In this document: positions 46,830 through 55,865 of the stretch, piece after piece | Layout: each line of letters opens with the position of its first letter | Numbering within the stretch: the stretch's first letter is position 1 | NCBI GenBank assembly: GCA_045123255.1 | Contig: JBGVIN010000069.1 | Span: 1 to 60,028 of the forward strand | DNA: 60,028 bases | From: Eubacteriales bacterium | GTDB lineage: Bacteria; Bacillota; Clostridia; Oscillospirales; CAG-272 | Reading direction: 5' to 3' | The notes under the pieces: model-generated | What the model saw: the letters and a program-made list of their open reading frames with translations, nothing else | The model's database searches: none | Told to the model about the DNA's origin: nothing | Made by a program: the position numbers and the translations under genes

Positions 46830-47359
46830 TGAAGAAAACCGAAAAAAACGAACAAAATGCAGAAATCGAAAGCCAAGAGGCTGAGGCAGTCGAGCTTGAC
46901 CCGAAGGATGCGGAGATTGCAAGCTTGAATGAAATAATCAAGGGGCTTGAAAGTGAAAAGGCAGAGGCAAGCGACAGATATTTAAGAGCCCTTGCAGAGT
47001 ACGACAATTTCAGAAAGCGCACCGCAAAGGAACGCGAAATTGTATATCAAGAGGCTTACGTAGATGCGGTAAAGGGAATTATCCCCGTTGTTGACAACAT
47101 TGAAAGAGCGCTTGAATTTGCGGCAGATGAAAACGACAAAAAGGGACTTGAGCTTATCGTTCAATCAGTTCACACTGCACTTGAAAAAATGGGCGTTTGT
47201 GAAATTGAGGCAAAGGTCTTTGACCCGAATTTGCACAATGCGGTAATGCATATTGATGACGAAAATCTTGGCGAGGGCGAAATTGTCGAGGTGTTCCAAA
47301 AGGGCTACACCTATGGCGAAAGAGTTATAAGATACGCCATGGTTAAGGTTGCAAACTGA
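46829..47359 (+). CDS. grpE: Nucleotide exchange factor GrpE
   Basis: AEYDNFRKR, FDPNLHNAV, QKGY, RYAMVKV. Confidence 0.97.
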   Translation: MKKTEKNEQNAEIESQEAEAVELDPKDAEIASLNEIIKGLESEKAEASDRYLRALAEYDNFRKRTAKEREIVYQEAYVDAVKGIIPVVDNIERALEFAADENDKKGLELIVQSVHTALEKMGVCEIEAKVFDPNLHNAVMHIDDENLGEGEIVEVFQKGYTYGERVIRYAMVKVAN

Positions 47360-47367
47360 CAGAGAGC

Positions 47368-47435
47368 GTCATCCTGAGCGAGCCGAAGGATCCCAAAGGG
47401 TACGGAATAATGTAGGGGAGGGGTTCTCCCTTTCG
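47368..47435 (+). repeat. Two REP-like palindromic elements
   Basis: GTCATCCTGAGCGAGCCGAAGGATC (47368-47392) and GTAGGGGAGGGGTTCTCCCTTTCG (47412-47435). Confidence 0.5.
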
Positions 47436-47532
47436 CAAATAAAGACAAGGAAACACAATTAAACAAGTTAAAAACGCACATTGCAAAAAGCAATACGCGA
47501 AAAAATATTAACTCATATGGAGGAAAAAGAAA

Positions 47533-49362
47533 ATGGGAAAGATTATAGGAATAGACTTAGGTACAACAAACTCCTGCGTTGCAGTATTTGAAGGTGGCGA
47601 GGCAGTAGTAATACCAAATCCGGAGGGAGCAAGAACAACACCGTCAGTCGTTGCATTCACAAAGACGGGTGAACGTCTTGTTGGTCAGGTTGCAAAGCGT
47701 CAAGCAATTACAAACCCTGACAAAACAGTAAGCTCAATTAAGAGAGAAATGGGCTCAAACCACAAGGTAACAATTGATTCAAAATCATACACTCCTCAAG
47801 AGATTTCCGCAATGATTCTTCAAAAATTGAAGGCAGATGCAGAGGCATATCTCGGCACAACTGTAACTGAAGCGGTTATCACAGTTCCTGCTTATTTCAG
47901 CGACGCGCAAAGACAGGCAACGAAGGACGCAGGTAAGATTGCAGGCCTTGAGGTAAAGAGAATTATCAACGAGCCAACAGCAGCTGCCCTTGCATTCGGT
48001 ATGGATAAGGAAGAAAACCAAAAGATTATGGTATTCGACCTTGGCGGCGGTACGTTCGACGTTTCAATCCTTGAAATCTCCGACGGAGTATTCGAGGTTC
48101 TTGCCACAGCAGGTAACAACCGTCTTGGCGGTGATGACTTCGACAAGAAAATTATTGACTGGATTGCAGACCAATTCAAGGCAGAGTACGGCATTGACCT
48201 TCGCCTTGACAATATGGCTCACCAAAGACTTAAGGAGGCGGCTGAAAAGGCAAAGATTGAGCTTTCAGGCGTTACAACCTCAAACATCAACCTTCCATTC
48301 ATCACAGCAGACGCAACAGGTCCTAAGCACTTTGATGCTAACCTTACACGCGCTAAGTTTGACGAGCTTACAGCTTCACTCGTTGAGGCAACAATGCTCC
48401 CAACAAAGCAAGCGCTTAACGATGCAGGACTTAAAGCAAGCGAAATTGACAAGGTGCTCCTCGTTGGTGGTTCTACAAGAATTCCTGCCGTTCAAGAGGC
48501 TCTTAAAAAGTTCATCGGCAAGGAACCATTCAAGGGCATCAACCCTGACGAGTGCGTAGCTATGGGTGCGGCAATTCAAGGCGGCGTTCTCGGCGGCGAC
48601 GTTAAGGACCTTCTCTTGCTCGACGTAACACCGCTTTCACTCGGTATCGAGACACTCGGCGGCGTTTGCACAAAGATTATCGAAAGAAATACAACAATTC
48701 CTGTAAAGAAGAGCCAAATCTTCTCAACAGCGGCAGATAGCCAAACGTCCGTTCAAATTCACGTTTTACAAGGTGAGCGTGAAATGGCATCGGGTAACAA
48801 AACACTCGGTCTTTTCTCACTTGACGGCATAGCTCCCGCACCACGCGGAATTCCGCAAATTGAGGTTACCTTCGATATTGACGCAAACGGTATTGTAAAC
48901 GTTAGCGCAAAGGATAAGGGCACAGGCAAGGAGCAGCACATCACAATTACCTCATCAACGAATATGAGCAACGAGGATATTGACCGTGCGGTTAAGGAAG
49001 CAGAGAAATTTGCTGAGGAGGACAAAAAGGCAAAAGAGGCGGTTGAGGTTAAGAACCGCGCTGAGCATATGATTTTCCAAAGCGAAAAGACACTGAGCGA
49101 CCTTGGCGACAAGGTAACAGATAGCGAAAAGGCAGAGGTTAACGCCGCTATTGATAAGCTTAAGGAAACCGTAAAGGGTAACAACACAGAGGCTATCAAG
49201 GCAGACACCGAAGCACTTGAAAAGTCCTTCTATGCAATAAGCGAAAAGCTTTATAAGCAGGCACAGGAAGCACAAGGCGCACAGGGCGCACAGGGCGCAC
49301 AGGGTGCTGACGAAAATGGCAACTTCTACGGTGCTGATTTCGAGGACAAAACAGACAAATAA
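47533..49362 (+). CDS. dnaK: Chaperone DnaK
   Basis: [44 protein letters not shown]. Confidence 0.99.
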   Translation: MGKIIGIDLGTTNSCVAVFEGGEAVVIPNPEGARTTPSVVAFTKTGERLVGQVAKRQAITNPDKTVSSIKREMGSNHKVTIDSKSYTPQEISAMILQKLKADAEAYLGTTVTEAVITVPAYFSDAQRQATKDAGKIAGLEVKRIINEPTAAALAFGMDKEENQKIMVFDLGGGTFDVSILEISDGVFEVLATAGNNRLGGDDFDKKIIDWIADQFKAEYGIDLRLDNMAHQRLKEAAEKAKIELSGVTTSNINLPFITADATGPKHFDANLTRAKFDELTASLVEATMLPTKQALNDAGLKASEIDKVLLVGGSTRIPAVQEALKKFIGKEPFKGINPDECVAMGAAIQGGVLGGDVKDLLLLDVTPLSLGIETLGGVCTKIIERNTTIPVKKSQIFSTAADSQTSVQIHVLQGEREMASGNKTLGLFSLDGIAPAPRGIPQIEVTFDIDANGIVNVSAKDKGTGKEQHITITSSTNMSNEDIDRAVKEAEKFAEEDKKAKEAVEVKNRAEHMIFQSEKTLSDLGDKVTDSEKAEVNAAIDKLKETVKGNNTEAIKADTEALEKSFYAISEKLYKQAQEAQGAQGAQGAQGADENGNFYGADFEDKTDK

Positions 49363-49474
49363 TGGCCTACGGGCTGGCAATTTTGCCAGCCCTGTACGGC
49401 TTTATAATGAAATCATCGTGAGAATCACGATTTATTCCGCTATGCGGATATAATTGTTTACTGGAGGTAAACTA

Positions 49475-50599
49475 ATGGCAGACAAGCAGGATTATTACGA
49501 AATCCTGGGTGTATCGAAGGGTGCAAGCCAGGACGAAATTAAAAAAGCATACCGCTCAATGGCGAAAAAATATCACCCCGATATGAACCCGGGAAACGCC
49601 GAGGCGGAGGTAAAATTCAAGGAGGTTAACGAGGCGTACGCCGTTCTTTCCGACGAGGAAAAGAAGGCAAAGTATGACCAGTTCGGTCACGCGGCGTTCG
49701 AGCAGGGCGGCGGTGGCTCATACGGTGGCGGCTTCGGTGACTTCGGTGGATTTGATATGAACGATATTTTCTCCTCAATCTTCGGTGGCGGAGCAAGAGC
49801 GGCAAACCGTGCAAACGCACCGCAGGACGGCGACGATATCGTAGTCAGAGTGTCTATTTCCTTTGAGGAGGCGGCATTTGGCTGTAAGGAGGAAATTTCC
49901 TTCCCTAAAATTCAAAAATGTGACGAATGCTCAGGCACAGGCGCACAAAAGGGTACGTCAGCGGAAAAATGCTCGCGTTGCGGCGGACGCGGAACGGTTA
50001 CCGTTCAGCAAAGAACAATATTCGGTATGACACAGTCAACACGCGCATGCCCTGACTGTGGCGGCACGGGCAAAATTATAAAGGAGCCCTGCAAAAACTG
50101 CCGCGGCAAGGGTCTTGTCAGAATTACAAAGAAGCTTTCCGTTTCAATTCCTGCGGGTATTGACGACGGACAAAGAGTTGTTTTGCGCGGTCAGGGACAC
50201 GAGGGCAAAAACGGCGGATATCCGGGCGACCTTATAATTCAGGTTACCGTTCGTCCTCACTCCGTGTTCGAGCGTGACGGCTACGACCTTTACTGTGACG
50301 TTCCTATCACCTTCTACGAGGCAGCACTCGGTGCAACTATTAAAATTCCAACGCTTGATGGCGAATGTGAAGTTGAAATTCCCGAGGGCACACAAACAGG
50401 CACTGTGTTTACAGTTAAGGGCAAGGGAATTCAAATGGTAAATTCCAAGGGCAAGGGCAACCTTTACGTTAAGGTGACCGTTGAAACACCAAAGAACCTT
50501 AACAGCGAGCAAAAGAAGATAATGGAGCAATTTGCAAAGAGCTGCGGTGAGAAAAACTTTGCCAAGAAAAACGGCTTTTTCAAAAAATTTAAGAAGTAA
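49475..50599 (+). CDS. dnaJ: Chaperone DnaJ
   Basis: J domain HPD, G/F region, four CxxCxGxG repeats; GGAGG RBS before ATG at 49475. Confidence 0.98.
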   Translation: MADKQDYYEILGVSKGASQDEIKKAYRSMAKKYHPDMNPGNAEAEVKFKEVNEAYAVLSDEEKKAKYDQFGHAAFEQGGGGSYGGGFGDFGGFDMNDIFSSIFGGGARAANRANAPQDGDDIVVRVSISFEEAAFGCKEEISFPKIQKCDECSGTGAQKGTSAEKCSRCGGRGTVTVQQRTIFGMTQSTRACPDCGGTGKIIKEPCKNCRGKGLVRITKKLSVSIPAGIDDGQRVVLRGQGHEGKNGGYPGDLIIQVTVRPHSVFERDGYDLYCDVPITFYEAALGATIKIPTLDGECEVEIPEGTQTGTVFTVKGKGIQMVNSKGKGNLYVKVTVETPKNLNSEQKKIMEQFAKSCGEKNFAKKNGFFKKFKK

Positions 50600-50616
50600 T
50601 TTTTAAGGATACAAAT

Positions 50617-51543
50617 ATGGAAAATACAAGCTGGATACAAATTAAGGTTAGCTCCGCTGTTGAAAACAAGGACTCAATTATTGCCGTTATGAGTATGATT
50701 TCAAACGGCTTGCAAATCGAGGACTATTCCGACCTTGAGGACAGAATTTTAGACGGTGTATACGGCGACCTCATCGACGAAAGCGTATTAAACGCAGATA
50801 AAACGGTTGTTGCCGTTTCTGCATACGTCAGCGCGGACAAGCCTGTAACCGACCACGTTGCATACATAAAGGAGCGCTTAGGTGCGCTTGGAATTAATCA
50901 CGAAATCGAGCTTATCTCTCTTTGCGAGGAGGATTGGGCAGACTCGTGGAAGCAATACTATAAGCCTATTAAAATCGGAGAAAAATTAGTCGTTGTTCCT
51001 ATGTGGGAAAAATACGACGCACTTGATAATGAAATTATCGTAAAAATGGACCCCGGTATGGCATTTGGCACGGGCACGCACGAAACGACACGCCTTTGCG
51101 CAACACTCCTTGAAAAGTACGTAACCGACACTACCGTTATGCTTGACGTCGGCACGGGAAGCGGCATTTTGGCAATCTGCGCCTCAAAATTAGGTGCGAA
51201 AAAATGCTACGCCTACGATATTGACCCCGTTGCGGTTAGAGTGGCACGCGAAAACGTAAAGGACAACGACGTTACCAATATCGAGTGCGAGGTTTCCGAC
51301 CTCTTAAAGGGCGTAAAGGAGCAAAAGTACGACGTAATAGCTGCAAATATCGTTGCAGATATTATTATAAGAATGCTCCCCGATATCGGTAAGTATATGC
51401 ACAAGGACACAACACTTGTAATTTCGGGTATTATTGACGAAAGATGCGACGACGTATATAAATCTATCAACGAAAACAGCTTTACAGTAGTCGAGGAAAT
51501 CCACGAAAACGGCTGGTGTGCAATATCATTGAAGCTTCAATGA
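50617..51543 (+). CDS. prmA: Ribosomal protein L11 methyltransferase
   Basis: DPGMAFGTGTHETT, LDVGTGSGIL, ANIVADII; operon position. Confidence 0.96.
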   Translation: MENTSWIQIKVSSAVENKDSIIAVMSMISNGLQIEDYSDLEDRILDGVYGDLIDESVLNADKTVVAVSAYVSADKPVTDHVAYIKERLGALGINHEIELISLCEEDWADSWKQYYKPIKIGEKLVVVPMWEKYDALDNEIIVKMDPGMAFGTGTHETTRLCATLLEKYVTDTTVMLDVGTGSGILAICASKLGAKKCYAYDIDPVAVRVARENVKDNDVTNIECEVSDLLKGVKEQKYDVIAANIVADIIIRMLPDIGKYMHKDTTLVISGIIDERCDDVYKSINENSFTVVEEIHENGWCAISLKLQ

Positions 51544-51645
51544 TATTGCATCAACGCGTAGCGTTGTATGGAATCACAACGAAGTTGTGTATGGAATTGT
51601 ACGCAGAGCGTACGCATGGAATCAATGCAAAGCATTGCATATACA
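51544..51645. repeat. Mini-array of four short hairpins joined by YATGGAAT linkers
   Basis: CAACGC-GTA-GCGTTG, CACAAC-GAA-GTTGTG, TGTACGC-AGA-GCGTACG, CAATGC-AAA-GCATTG; period 23-25 nt. Confidence 0.85.
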
Positions 51646-51667
51646 GTAACGCCAAAGGAAGGAAATT

Positions 51668-52411
51668 ATGCCACGATTTTTTATAGACGAAAGCAATATA
51701 AATATAAATGAAGGCAAAACGGTAATAACGCTTTACGGTGACGATGCACACCATATTTCACGCTCGCTCAGAATGGCGGTAGGTGAAACGATAGAGGCGT
51801 GCGACAAGGGCGGCACGGTTTACCTTTGCGAGCTTGTTGAATTTTTGGAAAAAGAGGTTGTTTGCCACGTTATAGAAAGCAAGCAGGCAGAGAGTGAGCC
51901 GAGCATTAAAATCACACTCTACCAAGCACTCCCAAAGGGCGACAAGATGGAAACCATTATTCAAAAATCGGTTGAATGCGGCGTTTACAGGGTGGTCCCC
52001 TTCCGCTCTGAGTTTTGCATTGTCAAGCTTGACCAAAGGGATGGCGAAAAGAAGCGTGAAAGATGGCAAAAAATTTCCGAGAGCGCAGCCAAGCAAAGCG
52101 GCAGAGGAATTATCCCTGAGGTAAGCGCACCGCTTGATTTCAAAATTGCCCTCGAAAAAGCGATGGAGGGCGATCTCGTCCTTTTTTGCAACGAGCGAGA
52201 GAGGGAAAGAAGCTTAAAGGACGCGCTAAGTGGGACAAGTGCAAAATCAATCTCCGTTATTATCGGCTCCGAGGGCGGATTTAGCCAAAGGGAAGCGGAC
52301 TATATAGTCGAGCTGGGCGCAAAAAGCGTTAGCCTCGGCAAAAGAATTTTGCGCTGCGAAACCGCACCGACCTTTATTTTGAGTGCTATTTCTTACGAAA
52401 CCGAAATGTAA
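51668..52411 (+). CDS. rsmE: 16S rRNA m3U1498 methyltransferase
   Basis: HHISRSLR, QKSVECGV, AAKQSGR, IGSEGGF, LGKRILRCETA. Confidence 0.96.
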   Translation: MPRFFIDESNININEGKTVITLYGDDAHHISRSLRMAVGETIEACDKGGTVYLCELVEFLEKEVVCHVIESKQAESEPSIKITLYQALPKGDKMETIIQKSVECGVYRVVPFRSEFCIVKLDQRDGEKKRERWQKISESAAKQSGRGIIPEVSAPLDFKIALEKAMEGDLVLFCNERERERSLKDALSGTSAKSISVIIGSEGGFSQREADYIVELGAKSVSLGKRILRCETAPTFILSAISYETEM

Positions 52412-52420
52412 ATATATTAG

Positions 52421-52613
52421 GGGCTGACACATTAAGGCACAAGCATAAACCACAAAAAAGCCAGACGTTAGTTTATCTTAACTGTTTGAAAAATAAGGTT
52501 GAAAAACTACGTTTTTCTCCGTGTGTGGTTTATTATCGCCGTTTTCGTCCTCGACGTACGCCAGTACGACTTCAGCCGAAAACGACGATTTCTGCACTTA
52601 ATCTGCCTAGCCC
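52421..52613. other. ~190 bp extensively self-complementary intergenic element (MITE-like repeat or sRNA)
   Basis: Terminal GGGCT...ATTAAG / CTTAAT...AGCCC; ATAAACCACA/TGTGGTTTAT; ATCGCCGTTTTCG/CGAAAACGACGAT; CGTAC/GTACG. Confidence 0.55.
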
Positions 52614-52642
52614 ACCCATAAAAAAGGACACTCATTAAAAAG

Positions 52643-52677
52643 AAAAATCAGAAATCCAAGCGGATTTCTGATTTTTT
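52643..52677 (+). terminator. Intrinsic terminator of dnaK operon
   Basis: AAAAATCAGAAATCC-AAGC-GGATTTCTGATTTTTT. Confidence 0.9.
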
Positions 52678-52747
52678 GTTATATTTTGCTTAAACTCACT
52701 TGATTTTTAAGGCTTTTTAATGAGACAGCCCTTTTATTATAATGCAC

Positions 52748-52776
52748 TTGATTTTAAGAACAGTTCGTGCTAAAAT
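52748..52776 (+). promoter_or_regulatory. sigma-A promoter
   Basis: TTGATT-17 nt-TAAAAT with TG extension. Confidence 0.65.
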
Positions 52777-52813
52777 TAGTTTGTATAGTTCTTTTTTTGA
52801 ATAGGAGGAGAAT

Positions 52814-54454
52814 ATGAAAAGAAAGATTTTGACAATTGCTTTGTTCGCAATAACACTTATTGGCCTTTTTGCAATTGGCGTTGGCGCGGCAGAAAAGACA
52901 CTCGACACTAATAGCTTAGATGAAATCAAAGCATCAATTAACGAATCAAGCGTGGGCGATGAAATCACCGTTAATTTAACAGGTGATATGATTATTCCGT
53001 CAACAAGCGCTGCAATCGTGCTTGACAAGGACATTACCGTAACAATAAATTTTTGCAACCATATTATCGTTTATAGCGGCAACGGAGGCGGAGCCGGTGC
53101 AGCTTACGGTATGGCGGTCAAATCAAGCGGCGCGCGCCTTATATTAAACGGAAACACCGACGTTGACTATCTTAATTATACCGAGCCGACCGACGAAGAA
53201 ATAACGGTGTCAAACGGTCAAATCGTTAACCCAAACCCCGAGGGCACAGTATATCCTGACTACGTTGGAAACGGCCCGTTGGTTGTTGTATTTAACGGCA
53301 CCGTCGAGCTTAACGATATCTATATGCGAAATTTCAACACAGGTGAATGGACAATATTCTTCTGTCCAAATATGTCCGGCATTAATATATCAAATAACAT
53401 CAAGGCAACAAGCTCTATCGTCAGAGCTCCAAAAAGCAGATATGCGGCGCTCGGTACAAGAAATTTCGGGCAAAATTTAACTGAAAGCCTTGTTGAAATA
53501 GACGGTTGCGTAATATATGGAACCTCAGACACTGAATGGCTCTCTATGAGTGCAGATTCTTATATCAGAAATTCAAGAATGACACTTAATTCCGTCAAAA
53601 TAGATAGCTACTTGCGTGATAACCACGCAAGAGAGGGTCACGAGGCGGTTTTGGAAAACGTTATTTTTGAGCATAATAAAATCAGCTCAAATACGGGAGC
53701 TATCTACGTTAAAATGATTGACTGTCAGTTCCCTAACGGAATGGAGCTTTACGTGACGGGTGACTCACAGGGCAAAACGGTATTTACAATCATTGAAACA
53801 TCAACCTGTGAATCCGCAGGCAGAAAGGCGTCAATCACCTGCTGGAAGGGTGGCGGCAAAACTATCACCTCGTTTGACGGCTTTACCGATGTTGACGAGG
53901 AATATACCGCATTAAATCCTGCTCTCGGACACGATAACCAATCGTTGGCAATCTATGAAAACGGCTTTACAAGCGAGGGCTACAAAAGAGTAGGCTGCAC
54001 AAGATGCGACGACTACGTAGCAGGCAAATTATCCCCACTCTTTAAGAATCTTGGATATTCCGTTGACGAGGAAGGAAACGGCGGAATGACAATAAGCTTC
54101 AGGGCAAATAGCGAAGCAATCTCGGAATACGAAGCGATTACCGGAAGCACCGTTAACTACGGTGTCTTTGCGACAACTAAAGCAAGCGTTGAAAATAACG
54201 ATGCTTTTGACGAAAACGGAGCGCCGCGCACAGGTGTTTTTGCCGCAGACGTTACAAAGAGCGGATTTAATATTTTCAGCTTGAAAATGTTTAACTTTAC
54301 AGACGAGCAGAAAAAAATCGAAATTGCAATGGGCGCATTTGTCATCACGACTAAAAGCAGTGTAACCGATTATGCTTATATGCAAATTGCAAAGCCGACA
54401 GACGGAGAAAAATATTTCTTTGCTTCATTTAACGACGTTTTGAAAATGAAATAA
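52814..54454 (+). CDS. Secreted beta-rich (possibly beta-helical) protein with C-terminal domain paralogous to that of 7..1614
   Basis: AGGAG RBS; signal peptide MKRKILT...VGA; short alternating beta-strand pattern; PLFKNLGYSVDE...AMGAFV C-terminal domain. Confidence 0.7.
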   Translation: MKRKILTIALFAITLIGLFAIGVGAAEKTLDTNSLDEIKASINESSVGDEITVNLTGDMIIPSTSAAIVLDKDITVTINFCNHIIVYSGNGGGAGAAYGMAVKSSGARLILNGNTDVDYLNYTEPTDEEITVSNGQIVNPNPEGTVYPDYVGNGPLVVVFNGTVELNDIYMRNFNTGEWTIFFCPNMSGINISNNIKATSSIVRAPKSRYAALGTRNFGQNLTESLVEIDGCVIYGTSDTEWLSMSADSYIRNSRMTLNSVKIDSYLRDNHAREGHEAVLENVIFEHNKISSNTGAIYVKMIDCQFPNGMELYVTGDSQGKTVFTIIETSTCESAGRKASITCWKGGGKTITSFDGFTDVDEEYTALNPALGHDNQSLAIYENGFTSEGYKRVGCTRCDDYVAGKLSPLFKNLGYSVDEEGNGGMTISFRANSEAISEYEAITGSTVNYGVFATTKASVENNDAFDENGAPRTGVFAADVTKSGFNIFSLKMFNFTDEQKKIEIAMGAFVITTKSSVTDYAYMQIAKPTDGEKYFFASFNDVLKMK

Positions 54455-54486
54455 GAGATATATGAAGCATACAATTAAATAGCTTT

Positions 54487-54542
54487 GGGAGCAGCAAGGA
54501 TGGAAATTTTCACTCTTTCTTGTTGCTCCCTTGTTGATTTTT
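54487..54542 (+). terminator. Probable terminator
   Basis: GGGAGCAGCAAG/CTTGTTGCTCCC stem followed by T-rich tract. Confidence 0.55.
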
Positions 54543-54565
54543 CCCAAACTCTTAAAAATGTCCTT

Positions 54566-54698
54566 TTGTTAACTTTGCCGAAAAAATGTGCAATTTCCAC
54601 AAAAAAATATTCAAAAAACTATTGAAAAGCACAATGAAATAGTGTAATATAAATAATGCAAGTGCACAAATTGCACAAAAAACTATAAATTTGCACAA
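54566..54698 (+). promoter_or_regulatory. Promoter flanked by paired ...GCACAA-type boxes (candidate autoregulatory sites)
   Basis: TTGAAA-17-TAATAT at 54622-54650; 17-nt boxes at 54566, 54586, 54662, 54682 (two pairs 20 nt apart). Confidence 0.55.
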
Positions 54699-54732
54699 AG
54701 AAAAAATCGACAAATTTATTCGGAGGTCTAAT

Positions 54733-55818
54733 ATGTCAAACAGATTGTTTCAAGGCATAATCCATCAAATGCACTCAGCAATTGACCGCGTAATAGGCGT
54801 TATCAACGATAACGGCACGGTTGTTGCTTGTAGCGAGCATTCACTTATTGGCGAAGGACGCGCAAGGGCAAAGGAAGAAATGGCATACACAACCGAAGCA
54901 GCAGTGGTTGACGGCTATACCTATCAGCATATAGGTAATGGCGCAAGCCCTGAGTTTATGGTGTTTGTTGAGGGAGAGGACAAGGCGGCAGAAAAGTATG
55001 CGGCTATTTTGGCAATTTCTCTTTCTAACATTAAGGATTTTTATGATGAAAAGAGCGACAAAAGCTCATTTATCAAAAACATCATTATGGACAACATCCT
55101 GCCAAGCGATATTTACGCAAAGAGCAAGGAGCTTCATTTTGACGGAAACGAGCCAAGAGCTGTTTTGCTTGCTCGCTTCTATACAAAGGGCGATATTTTA
55201 CCGTTCGACCTCATTCAAAATATGTTCCCTGATAAAACGAAGGACTTCGTTATATCAACGACAGACCAAGATATCGTTATTGTAAAGGGTCTTGACCCGG
55301 ACGCTACAAGCAAGGACGTTGAAAAGCTCGCACAGGACATCAGCGATACGGTAAGCTCCGAATTTTATTGCAAGGTTGGTATCGGAATCGGTACAATTGT
55401 AGAAAATATTAAGGACCTTGCACGTTCATACAAGGAATCGCAGATTGCAATTGAGGTTGGTAAGGTTTTTGAAAGCGAAAAGGAAATCATCAGTTACGAA
55501 AACCTCGGCATCGGCCGTCTTATCTATCAGCTTCCTACAACACTTTGCGATATGTTCTTAACCGAGGTATTCAAGCACGGCTCACTTGAAACGCTTGATA
55601 AGGAAACGCTTCAAACAATTCAAGTGTTCTTTGACAACAACTTAAACGTGTCGGAAACGTCAAGGAAGCTTTTCGTACACAGAAACACCTTGGTATATAG
55701 ACTTGAAAAAATAAAGAAGATTACAGGACTTGACCTTCGTGAGTTCGACCACGCGATAACCTTTAAGGTTGCACTTATGGTTAAGAGATACCTCACGTCT
55801 AAGCCTGTTAAGTTCTAA
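54733..55818 (+). CDS. CdaR/PucR-family transcriptional regulator
   Basis: GGDEF-like middle (VGIGIG...SYKE), C-terminal HTH NLNVSETSRKLFVHRNTLVYRLEKI; GGAGG RBS before ATG at 54733. Confidence 0.92.
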   Translation: MSNRLFQGIIHQMHSAIDRVIGVINDNGTVVACSEHSLIGEGRARAKEEMAYTTEAAVVDGYTYQHIGNGASPEFMVFVEGEDKAAEKYAAILAISLSNIKDFYDEKSDKSSFIKNIIMDNILPSDIYAKSKELHFDGNEPRAVLLARFYTKGDILPFDLIQNMFPDKTKDFVISTTDQDIVIVKGLDPDATSKDVEKLAQDISDTVSSEFYCKVGIGIGTIVENIKDLARSYKESQIAIEVGKVFESEKEIISYENLGIGRLIYQLPTTLCDMFLTEVFKHGSLETLDKETLQTIQVFFDNNLNVSETSRKLFVHRNTLVYRLEKIKKITGLDLREFDHAITFKVALMVKRYLTSKPVKF

Positions 55819-55865
55819 TTTCTTCCCCGTTTGTCATATATAGACATTAAGAAAAGAGGGAGTAT

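Noticed and set aside
49274-49307. 9-bp repeat in dnaK (QGA x4)
   Set aside because: Ordinary low-complexity DnaK C-terminal tail
52421-52613. 6S RNA
   Set aside because: Right size but branched rather than one rod with a central bubble; no own promoter; no recognisable 6S sequence blocks
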